A DNA stretch of 64,000 nucleotides from the human T2T-CHM13v2.0 reference genome, Homo sapiens: the NCBI RefSeq assembly GCF_009914755.1, contig NC_060935.1; one strand, 5' to 3'. The notes under the pieces are model-generated. The model made no database searches. It was not told where the DNA came from and saw only the letters and a list, made by a program, of their open reading frames with translations. Every line of letters begins with the position of its first letter. Position 1 is the stretch's first letter. Below are positions 1 through 14,100 of the stretch, piece after piece. The position numbers and the translations under genes are program-made.

Positions 1-235
1 ATAATTTTGCAGAAAATATAGCAAAAATATAAAGAGGTATAAAGTTTAAAAATTAAGAAGCTTAGAAGATAAATCCAAGAGATACGATATTGAAGTATCA
101 GGAATTACGGAAGAAGAGAATAGAGAAATTGGCAGGGAGGCCGTTATCAAGGAAATAATAATACAATATCTCTGAAATTAAGAACACTGCTCTCTAGTTT
201 GAAAAGGTCCATAGTGTATCCAATACAATAAATGA
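1..235 (+). mobile_element. Ancient L1M/HAL1-like ORF1 fragment (continues at ~6368-6640 after the L1PA insertion)
   Basis: Degenerate ORF1-like translation (LEDKSKRYDIEVSGITEEENRE...). ORF1 C-terminal-like sequence resumes after 6367. Confidence 0.55.
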
Positions 236-246
236 AAAAGTCCCTA

Positions 247-3200
247 CTGTCAGACCTGATCTCTGCAGGGTAGTCTTGCACATCAGACAGGGCTGGTCTA
301 ACCTGAGCACTCTTTGGTCTACTGGCCTCTCCCATGGCCCCAGCCTGGCCTTGCCTGCTTACAGGGCAGTCTTGGGGGGCTCTGGAGGCCCACACCATAG
401 CTTCTGTGCCTGTGGACTGTGCCTGACCAGTGGAAAGCTCCAGAGAGGTGGCCTCTATGGCCACACATCAGCCTGCAAGTTTCCCCCCTATACTGCAGCT
501 TCCCCTGAGCCCACGGCAACTGCCCACATCACTTCATTGATGTGTGTCTGCAGGGGTGGGTTTTGCTTCATTTGCCCTGCCAGTAGCAGTGCAGTATGCA
601 ACCCCCCAACCCCCAGTGATGGCTGTTGCAGACAAATCTTTGGCCAGCACAGAGCCAGGAAGCCCCACCTAGCCAGAGCCCCACCCTTGCACAAATCCTG
701 TACTGAAAACAGGGGATCCTCCTATACCCTGAGTGATCACTCCTGCTTATGGGGCACAGAGAAGGCATCCAGACCTGTGCCACCCCAAGCCAATGCCACC
801 TCCAGTGCAACAGCACACACAGTCTCCAGCAGGGCCCCCCCACACCCTCACCAACTGCCTTGCCTCTATCGCTGTGGTGAACGCCCACCAGGGAAGCAGG
901 TACCCCCACATTCTCTAGCACTATGCTGTTGCTGCCACACCCTGGCACCCCCAGCACAGTGGACTCCAAACCTTGAGGAGCTAGAGAACAAAGTCAGGCC
1001 CAGTACAAGTCCCCTACATTAGAACATGCACTCCAGGAGTTGGGAGCTGAGTGTTGGCCCCCTAAAATCTCCCAGAAATGAAGCCAGCTGGCTTAATATG
1101 CTTTATATCACAATCAGACCCTCAAAATCATCAAATAGGACAAAGGAAAAAAATTCAAAGATTGAAGGTAGATAAGCCCACAAAGATGAGAAATAATCAG
1201 CGCAAGGAATGCTGAAAACTCAACAAGCTCGAGTGCCTTCTTTCCTCCAAAGGATAGCATCATCTCTCTAGCAAGAGTTTGAAACCCAGCTGAGGCTGAG
1301 ATGGCTGAAATGACAGAAGTAGAATTTAGTATATGGACAGGTATGAAGTTCAATGAACTACAGGAGTATGTTGTAACCCAATACAAGGAAGCTAAAAATT
1401 ATGATAAAGCATTGCAGGAACTGACACACAAAATAGCCAGTATACAGAAGAATGTAGCTGTCCTGATAGAACTGAAAAACACACTATAAGAATTTCATAA
1501 TGCAAGTATTAATAGCAGAATAGACCAAGCAGAGGAAACACTCAGAGCTTGAAGACTGGCTTTCTGAAATAAGACAGGCAGACAAGAATAGAGAGAAAAA
1601 AAAAGGAATGAACAAAACCTCTGATAAATGTGGGATTATGTAAAGAGACTGAATCTACAACTGATTGGTGTACCTGAAAGAAATGGGGAGAATGGAACCC
1701 ACTTGGAAAACGTATTTCAGGATATCAGCCATGAGAACTTCCCCAACCTAGCTAGAGAGGCCAACATTCAAATTCGGGAAATGCAGAGAACCCCAGTAAA
1801 ATACTTCACAAAAAGATTATCCCCAAGACATATGATCATCAGATTCTCCAAGGTCAAAATGACAGAAAAAATGTTAAAGGCAGCCAGAGAGAAAGGCCAG
1901 GTCATATACAAAGGGAAGCCCATCAGATGAACAGCAGACCTCTCAGCTGAAACCCTACAAGCCAGAGGAGATTGAGGGTCAATATTCAAAATTTCTTAAA
2001 GAAAAGAAATTCCAACCTAGAATTTCATATCTAGCCAAACTAAGCTTCATAAGTAAAGGAGAAATGAGATCCTTTTCAGACAAGCAAATGCTGAGGGAAT
2101 TTCTTACCACCAGATCTGCCTTACAAGAGCTCCTGAAGGAAGCAATATGGAAAGGAAAGACTGTTACCAGCCACTAAAAAACACACTGAAGTACACAGAG
2201 CAGTGACACTATAAAGCTACCATATAAACAAGTCTGTGAAATAACCAGCCAACATCATGATGACAGAATTACATCCCCATATACCAATAATAACCTTGAA
2301 TGTAAATGGGCTAAATGCCCCATTTAAAAGACACAAAATGGCAAGCTGGGTAAAGAACAAAGATTTATTGGTATGCTGTCTTCAAGAGATCCATCTCACA
2401 TGCAATGACACACATAGGCTCAAAATAAAGAAATGGAGAAAAATCTACCAAGCAAATGGAAAACAGAAAAAAAGCAGGGGTTGCAGTCCTAGTTTCTAAC
2501 AAAACAGACTTTAAACCAAGAAATATTAAAAAAAAAAAAAAAAAAGAAGTTAAAAAGTTCAAATGGTAAAGAGTTCAATTCAACAAGAAGATCTAGCCAA
2601 CTTAAATACATATACACCCAACACAGGAGCACCCAGATTCATAAAGCAAGTTTTTAGAGACCTTCAAAGAGACTTAGACTCTCATGCAATAACTGTCAGA
2701 GACTTTAATGCCCCACTGACAGTATTAGACAGATCATTAAGACAGAAAATTAACAAAGGTATTCAGGAACTGAACTCAGCACTGGATCAAATAGACCTGA
2801 TAGATATTTATGTAACTCTCCACCCAGAAACAACAGAATATATATTATTTTCATTGCCACATGGCACATACTTTTAAATCGATCACATAATTGGAAGTAA
2901 AACACTCCTCAGCAAATGCAAAAGAACTGAAATCATGAAAGACAGACTCTTGGACCACATCACAATCAAATTAGAAATCAAGACTAAGAAATTCACCCAC
3001 AACTATACAATTACATGGAAATTGAATAACCTGCTACTGAATGGCTTTTGGGTAAATAATGAAATTAAGGCAGAAATCAAGAAGTTCTTTGAAACTAATG
3101 AGGACAAAGATATCACATACCAGAATCTCTGGGACACAGCTAAGGCAGTGTCAAGAGGGAAATTAATAACACTAAACACCCATATCAAAAAGTTAGATAG

Positions 3201-6200
3201 GTCTCAAATTAACAACCTAACATCACAACTAAAAGAATTAGAGAACCAGAAGCAAACAAATCCCAAAGCTAGCAGAAGGCAAGAAATAACCAAAATCAGA
3301 GCTGAACTGAAGGAGATTGAGACACAAAAAAACCCTGCAAAAGATCAACAAATCCAGGAGCTGGTTTTTTGAAAAAATTAATAAAATAGACCACTAGCTA
3401 GACTAAGAAAAAAGAAAAGATTCAAATAAACACAATCAGAAATGACAAGGGGAATATTACCACTGACCCATAAGAAATACAAACGATGACCACAGAATAT
3501 TATAAACACCTCTATGTACATAAACTAGAAAATCTAAAAGAAATGGATAAATTCCTGGACACATACACACTCCCAAGACTGAACCAGGAAAAAATTGAAT
3601 CCCTGAACAGACCAGTAACAAGCTCTGAAATTGAGGCAGTGATAATAGCCTGCCAACCAACCAAAAAAAAAAAAAAAAAAGCAGCTCAGGAGCAGACAGA
3701 TTCATCGGTGAATTCTACCAGATGTACAAACAAGAGCTGGTACCATTCCTACTGAAACTACTCCAACAAATTGAGGAGGAGGGACTCCTCCCTCATTCTA
3801 TGAGGCCAGCTTCATACTGATACCAAAACCTGGTAGAGAGACAACAACAATAAAAAAATAAGACTTCAGGCTGATATTCTTGATGAACATCGATGCAAAA
3901 ATCTTGAACAAAATACTTGCAAATCAAATACAGCAGCACATCAAAAAGCTTATCCACCATGATTAAGTAGGCTTTATCCCTGGGATGCAAGGTTAGTTCA
4001 ACATACACAAATCAATAAATGTGATTGATTCATCACATAAAAGAGATAAAGACAAAAACCACATGATTATCTCAATAAATATGGAAAAGGCTTTTTGTAA
4101 AATTCAACATCCATTCATGTTAAAAACTCTCAGCAAACTAGATATTGAAGGAACATACCTCAAAATAAGAGCCATATATGACAAACCCATAGCCAACATC
4201 ATACTGAATGGGCAAAAGCTGGAAGCATTCCCCTTGAAAACCAACACAAGACAAGGATGCCCTCTCTCGCCACTCCTATTCAACATAGTATTGGAAGTCC
4301 TGGCCAGGGCAATCAGGCAAGAGAAATAAATAAAGGCATCCAAATAGAAAGGGAGGAAGTCATACTATCCCTGTTTGCAGACAATATGATGCTATATCTA
4401 GAAAACCCCATAGCCTCAGCCCAAAAGCTTCTTAAGCTGTTAAAAGAACTTCAGCAAAGTCTCAGGTTACAAAATCAATGTGCAAAAAATCACTAGCATT
4501 CCTACACAGCAACAACAGTCAAGCCAAGAGCCAAAACAGGTACAAACTCCTATTCACAACTGCCACAAAAAGAATAAAATACCTACGAATACACCTAACT
4601 AGGGAGGTGAAAGATCTCTATAAGGAGAACTACAAAACACTGCTCAAAGAAATCAGAGCTGACACAAACAAATGGGAAAACATTTCATGCTCATGTATAG
4701 GAAGAGTCAATATTGTTAAATGGCCATACTGCCCAAAGCAATTTATAGATTCAATACTATTCCTATTCAACTACCATTGAGATTCTTCACAGAACTAGAA
4801 AAAACTATTTTAAAATTTGTATGAAACCAAAAGTGAGCCTGAATAGCCAAGGCAATCCTAAGCAAAAAGAACAAACTGGAGGCATCATGCTACCTGACTG
4901 CAAACTATACTACAGGGCTACAGTAACCAAAACAGCAAGGTATCGGTATAAGAACATACACAGAGACCAATGCCACAGAATAGAGAACTCAGAAATAAGA
5001 CCGCATACCTACAACCATCTGATCTTTGACAAGTCTGACAGAAACAAGTAATGGAGAAAGGATTCCCTATTCAATAAATGGTGCTGGGGTAGCTGGCTAG
5101 CCATATGCAGAAGATTGAAACTGGACTCCTTCCTTACACCTTATACGAAAATTGTCTCAAGATGGATTAAAAACCATCTTTAAATGTAAAACCCCAAACT
5201 ATAAAAACATTAGAAGAAAGTCTAGGCAATACCATTCACAACATAGGCACAGGCAAAGATTTCATGATGAAGATTCCAAAAGCAATTGCAACAAAAGCAA
5301 AATTGACAAATGGGATCTAACTAAACTAAATAGCACAGCAAAAAACAAAAACAGAAACAAACCCTATCAACACAGTAAGCAGACAACCTACAGAATGAGA
5401 GAAAATTTTTGCAAACGATGCGTCTGACAAAGGTTTAATATCCAGCATTTATAAGGAACTTAAACAAATTACAAGAAAAAATCAACCCCATTAAAAAGTG
5501 AGCAAAGGACATGAAGAGACACTTTTCAAAAGAAGACACACATGTGGCCAACAAACATGAAAACAAAGCTCAACATCACTACTTATTAGAGAAATGCAAA
5601 TCAAAACCACAATGAGATACCATCTCACCCCAGTCAGAATGGCTATTACAAAAAGTCAAAACAAACAAACAAATAAAAAACAACAACAGATGCCAGCAAG
5701 ATTGTGGAGAAAAAGGAATGCTTTTACACTGTTAGTGGGAGTGTAAATTAGTTCAGCCATTGTGGAAGACAGTGTGACAATTCCTTAAAGACCTAAACAT
5801 AGAAATACCAATCGACCCAGCAGTGCCATTACTGGGTGTATACCCAAAGGAATATAAATCATTCTGTTATAAAGACACATGCATGCATATGCTCGTTGTG
5901 ACACTACTCACAATAGCAAAGACATGGAATCAACCCAAATGCCCATCAGTGATAGACTGGCTAAATAAAATGTGGTACATATACACCAGGGAATACTGTG
6001 CAGCCATAAAAAAAATGAGATCATGTCTTTTGCAGGGACTTGGATAGAGCTGGAGGCCATTATCCTTAGCAAACTAACACAGAAACAGAAAACCAGATAC
6101 CACATGTTCTCACTTATAAGTGGAAGCTAAATGACGAAGACACATGGACACATAGAGGGGGACAACACACACAGGGGCCTGTTGGAGGGTGGAGGGTGGG

Positions 6201-6356
6201 AGGAGGGAAAGAGGATGAGTAAAAATAACTATTGGGTACTAGGTTTAATACCTGGATGATTAAATAATCTGTACAACAAACTCCCATGACACAAGCTTAC
6301 CTATGTAACAAACCTGCACATGTACCCCGAACTTAAAATGAAAGTTAAAAAAGAGT
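247..6356 (+). mobile_element. Near-full-length old primate LINE-1 (L1PA13-16 type), inactive
   Basis: GC-rich 5'UTR, ORF1 from ATG 1186 and ORF2 from 2257, both broken by many stops/frameshifts (EN and RT fragments in the ORF track). 3'UTR aaaataactattgggtactagg...aacttaaaatgaaagtt is typical of older L1PA. Probable TSD aaaagtcccta 236-246 / aagagtcccta 6357-6367. Confidence 0.92.
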
Positions 6357-6644
6357 AAGAGTCCCTAATCCTACCTACCCAAAGTCATGTTATAACACCA
6401 TTATAAAGGGATGATTTTAAGAAGAAAGAAGAGAGAAAAACAGATAACATAGCATGTATTATGAATTATAATGGCACTGAACTCTGTAGTTACAAAAAAC
6501 CAGCAAGTAATAGACTTTAAAGTTCTGGTGGAAAATTATTATAAATCTAAAATTCTAAACCCATCCAAATAATCCAACAAATGTAAAGATAGAATGAATA
6601 CATTTTTAGATATGCAAGAAGTAAAAATAAAATTTTCTTTTCCA

Positions 6645-6935
6645 TTTTATGTATTTATTTGAGACAGGGTCTTGCTCTGTCACCTAGGCTGGAGTGCAGT
6701 GGTGTGATCATAGTCATAGCTCACTGCAGCCTCGAACTCCTAGGCTTATGTGATCCTCCCACTTTAGCTTCCCAAGTAGCTGGGACTACAGGTGCACACC
6801 ACCATGCCCAGCTAATTTTTAATTTTTTTTCATAGAGATGGGTCTCCCTTTGTTGCCCAAGCTGGTCTCAAAGTGATTCTCCTGCCTTAGGCTCCCAAAT
6901 GCTAGGATTACAGGTGTAAGCCACCACACCCAGCC
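6645..6935 (-). mobile_element. AluJ
   Basis: gagacagggtcttgctctgtcacctaggctggagtgcagtgg...ccaccacacccagcc, diverged dimeric Alu. Confidence 0.9.
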
Positions 6936-8035
6936 TTTCTTCCCTTTCTTAGAAAGTTTTTAGAAGATATGCTTGGGCCAAGTGGGCAGTGAAAACAATA
7001 GATGTTTCCTAGGGTAGTGGTGAAGGAGTCCCATGTTGATAGCTGATCCATGGTTAGAAAGCAATCATTGCCAACAGGAATACATGAATAAAGGATTCTG
7101 GGAAAGATTTCTGCAGGCATGAAGAGAGACTTGGCACATTGTCTGATAGTGCTGGTATTTTGGAAAATAAAATTTGGAGAAATTTGGCAGATATGATAGA
7201 GGATGTCAACAAATTAAAGATAAATACACAGAAAACCAAGCAAATAAAGACAATTATTAATTTTAGTAAAACAAAAAATTTATACATTTTTTGGGCAGAG
7301 AAAGGAAGGTGTACTACTTGGCTCAACAGATATTAAAATTTAATTAGTAATGCAAACACTAACTTGATTTAAAAACTGTACATAATTATAATGAGAAAAT
7401 GTAGTAAAGGAAAATGAACTGTGTGAAGAGAATGAAATCTTCTACTACCAACCTAGGAAATTAATAGAAAATACCAAGATGGATAAACCAAGAAATAACA
7501 GTGTTGTAAACATTGTTGGCGACCTACTCAGAATCCTTCCTACTAACAATGTAGGGTGGCAATATGCTTACTGGAAAAAATATATGAATTTTCCTGCTTT
7601 TACTGCCACTAAGAATGGTTGTGTTACACATTCTGGCCAGTGCTGCATGATCAGAAGTCACTGGGTGGGGCTTCCCGGAAGCCTTGTTAGAAGTGGGCAG
7701 ATGTGCCTGGAACGTGACTTCGCCTCTCACTCTTTGCCCTTCGTCTTCTTGCCTGGAACACAGTTGCATAGCCAGAGGGAGCACATCTCTCTTGAGACTC
7801 CGAGGCCATAAGCATGAGAAAGAAAGTCACATGTCAGGGAGGCTGAGCAGAAAGAGGGGTCTCAGAGAGGTCCTTGATGGCGTAATGGGGAGCTAGCTGC
7901 TGTCTCAGCCCTGGATTGCCTCTGGGCCTCTTTCACCTAAAAAATATCAACTCATCATTTGTTCAGAAAACTGAGATTCATGTAGCTGAACAAGATACAT
8001 AAGCATGATATTTAGAAAGTGTGGTGGTAAATAGT

Positions 8036-8437
8036 TGGTATGGTTTGGATATTTATCCCCTCCAAATCTCATGTTGAAATGTGATCCCCAATGTTGGAGG
8101 TGGGGCCTGGTGAAAGGTGTTTGGCTCATGGGGGCTGATCCCTCACGAATGGCGTGGTGCCCTCCCTGTGGCTTTGAGTGGTACTGAGTTTAGGTGAGAG
8201 CAGGTTGTTTAAGGGAGCCTGGCACCTCATCTCTCTCCTGCTCTCTCTCCTGCCATGTGACATGCTGGGTCCTCCTTTGCTTTCCATGAGTGGAAGTTTC
8301 CTGAGGCCTCATCAGAAGCAGATGCTGGTGCCATGTTTATACAGCCTGTGAGACCATGAGCCAATTGAACCTCTTTCCTTTACAAATTACCCACTCTTGG
8401 GTATTCCTTTGTAGCAATGCAAAACAAACTTATATCA
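8036..8437 (+). mobile_element. MaLR LTR (MST-type)
   Basis: tatggtttggatatttatcccctccaaatctcatgttgaaatgtgatccccaatgttggaggtggggcctgg...gtattcctttgtagcaatgcaaaac. Confidence 0.8.
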
Positions 8438-9160
8438 TAGTTTAAAACAGTTAAAATAATTCAAAGTGGTTCCATCTGGGGGAGGGGAGAGCATGGTAGA
8501 AAGTGCCGGGATTTTTTTGGTATAGTTGATGCTATAGTTAGCTCAATTTGATGTTTTGGATACTGTGTATGTATAAGTTCAATAAAATACAAGTTAATAA
8601 GAAAAAAGAAAAATGTTTCGAATGGGATGCTTGGATAGCTTCCTGTTTTACTTGAAATAAATTCCAAACTCCTTTAATAGATTTTCCATGATCCAGCTGG
8701 CCCTGGACACCTTCCTGCTTCATCTTTTGTCACTTTCCCCCTGTCTAATTCCCAGCCATGTTGTCTTCTGTCAGTTTTGTGAACTCTTTCAGTACATGTC
8801 ACATGAAGCTTCCTCTGGGTCAGTCAGGGTCCAGCAGGAAATGGATGTTAGTGTCAAACTTGGCAGCCACGTAAGTTTAATAAAGGGTGGAGTTGAAGGA
8901 CACCAACAAGAGGTGATGCTGCACTCTGGGGCTCGCGACAGTCGGGAGCCATCCATCCTCAGGCTTAAAGGACTAAAGAGAGCAGCTGTGTGGGGAAGGT
9001 CACCTGATAGGACTGTGGCCTTCGGGAGAACAAGGCTGTGACCCAATATGTATTTGGACACAAAGATTGCCATGTTCACTGTTAATTAAAGTGATTGGGG
9101 CAGTTGTTAATAGGAAAACATCCTGTTTACTTGAACGTTGTGTTGGAAGGATTGTTTAAT

Positions 9161-9898
<738 letters not shown>

Positions 9899-10811
9899 CT
9901 ATTATGTGTATGAAGCTGAACCTGTCCTTATTTCATTAACCTTAATAATGCATTTATATCTTTATTCATATATAACTACTGAAGTGTTCAATCTAAAAAT
10001 TGGCCATAATTAAAATGCTGAAAGTTTTGAGTAAATCACATGAGTCAGTTGTTCCATTTGTACTTTAACCGCTTATTCCATAGGATGTTAAAAACCCATT
10101 TAAAAAACCCATTGAACCTAAAAATATATGGCTAAGAAAAAATTGTTTGATTAAAAAATGGTTACAATAGCAAATTGAAAGAAGTAATTATTAAGAAATA
10201 TTACAGCACTTCTGAGTCTTAACAGAATGAAAGGAAAAATCATAATGAAAAAATTAACACTTTCAACAGTGAAATGCAAAGACTTTTTGTAAAAATTCAT
10301 TAAATTTTGAATCGGTATCATGTGAACATGGTACAAAACTCAAAAGACACAAAAGAATGAAGTGTGGAAATAAATTTCTCTTTCATTCCTGTCTCTTGCC
10401 ACATAGTTTTACTTCCCAAATTAATCACTCTTATCCTCCTTATAAATACCTTTCTAGAGTCTATGTGTACATATGTATGTGTACATGCATATATAACATA
10501 TGTTTTCTTTTTTACATAAAATGCATTGTTCTGTGCCTTGCTTTTTTATGTAATGATGTATTTTGAATGTCTTTTCATTTCACTACATACTGAACTCTCT
10601 CAGTCATCCATTAAGATGGATGCACAGCATTCTACTGTATGGATTATTTAAGCAGTCTCTCATTGCTGGACGTATAGGTTTTCTTAATCTTTTGCTATTA
10701 CAGTATTGAAAGTATAATCTTGTATTTGCATCCTGGAAATGGAAGCTTAAAAGCATGCCCTGTTCTGAAAAATAGAAAGGTTTGTGTTTTTGTTCTAGTG
10801 ATTATCTTTCT

Positions 10812-11102
10812 TTCTTTCTTTTTTGAGACAGGACCACTCTATTGCCCAGGCTGGAGTGCAGTGACACAATCATGTCTCACTGCAGCCTCCATCTCCTGGG
10901 CTCAAGTGACCTCCTGCCTTAGCCTCCCAGGTAGCTGGGACCATCAGCATGCACCACCACACCCAGCTAATTTTTTGATATTTTGTAGGAATGAGGTCTC
11001 ACTATGTTGCCCAGGCTGGTCTCAAACTCCTGGGCTGAAGTGATCCTCCCACCTCAGTCTCCCAAAGTACAGGGATTAGAGGCCTGAACCACCATGTCCA
11101 GC
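10812..11102 (-). mobile_element. AluJ
   Basis: T-tail plus gagacagg...cccaggctggagtgcagtg...accatgtccagc. Confidence 0.9.
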
Positions 11103-14100
11103 TGTGATTTTCTTTACATAACACACAAATTTATATATATATTTACATAAAATACTTCATCTTTTCTTTATTCAGCAGTGTTTATTGACTCCCTAGCATA
11201 AACAGCGACTAAAATATTTATACTTCCTTGCTCCAACTTTTTCCTCTCTATGACTGTATTTTTTGCTTATTTATCTTTGTGTTCACATCTATTTTCTTAA
11301 AAGCAAGTTTTAATAAACTATATATTTATATGTATCTTGTTAATATATTAAGTAATATCTTTTAAAATGAGGCTAAAAATGTTAAGGAAGTATCTTCACC
11401 TGTCCTTCACCAACTTTTTTTATTTGCAACATTTCTGTATTGTCATAGTATATAATATTTACATTGTTTTCCCTTTATAATATCCATAGTTTTGTTTTAT
11501 TTTGTTCTTTGGTTAGTACTATAATTAAGTGGATTCAGTACTTGTCATTATTCTGTTTCTAAGAGTCTTTATCATTTATCTCTTGTTTAGCTGAAGCTAG
11601 TCTTTTATTTTTTTTTAAAGAAGAGCTTATGAGAACTATATCCCCTGAGTTTGTTGTAATAGTTGGATTTTTAAAAAAGTTGAATCTATAAGTAACCTGG
11701 GATCTATTTGATATGTGGTATGAGGTGAGAATACAAATTAACTTGTAACCTCCAGTAATGTACAAGATCTAGAGAAACAATTTTGCTTATTACTTCTTTA
11801 ACCTTCAGAAAGATGAAACTATCCAAGAAACAAATTAAGAATTAATATATGCTTTCCTTTGAGGAAACTGAGAGGAAACTGAGACTTCAAACAGAAAAAC
11901 ATGTGTTCAGAGAATTTGAGGGTGTAGCAGAGAAAATAGTTCAAATAATTAACTGTAGGGCCCTGGTTGGGAAGAAAAGGAAATTGGAACCAGAAGGGAT
12001 CTGATAAGATGAAAGAAAAGGGAAGAAACAAGGAAACAGTGCCTAGCATTCGATCTATTTTTGTTTACTGAATCTGTGACTGAATTCAGAGTTTCTGGGA
12101 GGTGCAATGAGAATGAGCTTATAGGAAATAAAGAAGAGTAAGAGGCTGTGGTTAGAAAGTAAGTATGAAAGGGCAGTCTTTCTGAAGTAGAGCAATTCAG
12201 GTGATAACAGGGTTCAAGGTGTGGCCCTCAAAGTGGGTTGTCAAAACACATTAGATTTGCAGGTACTGGTATTTCAAAAGAAAAATCACCATAAAGCTTC
12301 AATTTTGAATTGATTTAGAGGGGACCTAATGGAAGGGTTTTGGGAAAAGATGAAGATTTAGCCAGATACCTGATCATTCAGTGAATATGAGGCAAACAAT
12401 AGATGCTATGAGGTTAGTCCTATCTTATGTTCCTTTTACAGATTAGGCAATTAAGCAAGAAGATGTTAAGTAGTTTGCCTATAGCCACACAATTAATAAC
12501 TACCAGAGTCAAAATTCAAATGCAGACAGTCTGTTGCTAAGCCTGTGATCTAACATTTCTGCTACCAGTTGTGTTTGGGGTGGGGGTGTGCTGTTGCTGT
12601 TAATTTTACTTGAATGCAATCCTAGGGTTGGTGGAGAGACTGAGGAGCACACAAAAGCTCCTGGACCAGATCTGTCTTATACTAGGTGTAGTAGGGACAT
12701 TCAGGCAAGGGTAGGACACTCAAGAGCCTAATCAAGAGCAATTCAAAATTTAGTAGGAGTCGCAAGTTAAGAGAAAACAGATTTAACTCTATCCGTCTTG
12801 CTTACCTTGGTCTCTCAGATTACAAAATTATAGATACAGTGATGGAGTATCAAATCTTTCCCAATTAATAAAAACCTACATGTCCATAATTCATCACCAG
12901 ATAATTTAATACTATGCTCTTGGTCTGACCTGGGATAGATTGAATTCTGAGATAGATTTTATTGCATAAGTGGAGAAAGCAAGCCTTATTATTATTATTA
13001 TTATTGAAAAACTTTTTTGGAATTCAGATAGTTGTAAAAATGATCTATATAATGAGCCTTAACAGAAGTGCCACATTATTTTACAAATCATCTTATCTGA
13101 AAATAAGAGCACACGCAAGGAGAGGAACGGACACAAAGCCACATGAAAAGATGGTCCCTTTTGTACATGCTGTTCCTTCTGGAATGCTTTCCCACCTTTT
13201 TCCTCTGGGTTACTTTCTCTGTCCCTTCTCTTCTGCCTCTCTGAGCCCTACTTCTTCTTCTAGTTTTGGCTTAGATATCACTTCCTCTGGGACGCTTTCC
13301 CCAAGCCCCCATCCCTGGGGTGGGTGGCCCATGTGTTCACCCTGGCACCCTTCCATAGTGGGCATCATGCAGTATTGCAATAGCCTGATACTTACTGGTA
13401 TTCTCTCTATATCATCGTTAATGAGGACAGGGACCACACCTGTCCTGTTCAGCGCTGTGTCCTCATCTCAAGGCCTACCATATAATAGTTGATGAGTAAA
13501 TCCATGTTTATTGAATAAATGATTCTCAGACCAGAACCTTGTTCTTCCTTACAGCTGCTTCAATGTCTTCTCTGTTGGGATCTTTCAGGTTCTCAGTATA
13601 TATCATTAGCATAATCAAAAAGGAGGGAACTTGAAGACAAGGCAATTAGTGGCTGTATGTAAATTTTTTGGAAGACCTAGGTTTCCTGCTTCTTAGATTA
13701 TTTGTCCCTTCCCTACACAATAATGTCAGCTCCACATCCCTCCTCCCTTACCCAGAAATCAGGAGGTGGAAAGAAGTTCCATGATTATTCTCACTATAAA
13801 CACAGCATTTTGGTCCCTTGTTCATAGATGATCATGGTGCTACTCTGTTTTATTTTGATTCTTCCTTCTCTCAGTTCACAGAAGATTTATTTTTGATTAA
13901 TTTCTGAAATGTGCTGTGTCCCTTTTTTATGTACACTACCATTTATTTTCTGTTTTATGTCATGTTCTAGATACACAGAGATACAGCATCACTTATTTGA
14001 CAAATATTTATTGCTTGCTACTATGTGCTGGGCCCAGTGCTAAGGACTAAAGATGAATAAAATGGTTCCAATCATGGAGCTGGGATCACAGCTGTGCATC

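Noticed and set aside
276-1022. 248-aa ORF
   Set aside because: Lies within the GC-rich 5'UTR of the old L1PA; no recognisable domain or splice context
8538-8723. Possible further pseudogene exon downstream of the pseudo-exon
   Set aside because: No GDS or other NXPE motif; I could not find catalytic-domain exons for the pseudogene in this window
12962-13492. 176-aa ORF
   Set aside because: Non-ATG start, low-complexity translation and overlap with L2-like sequence
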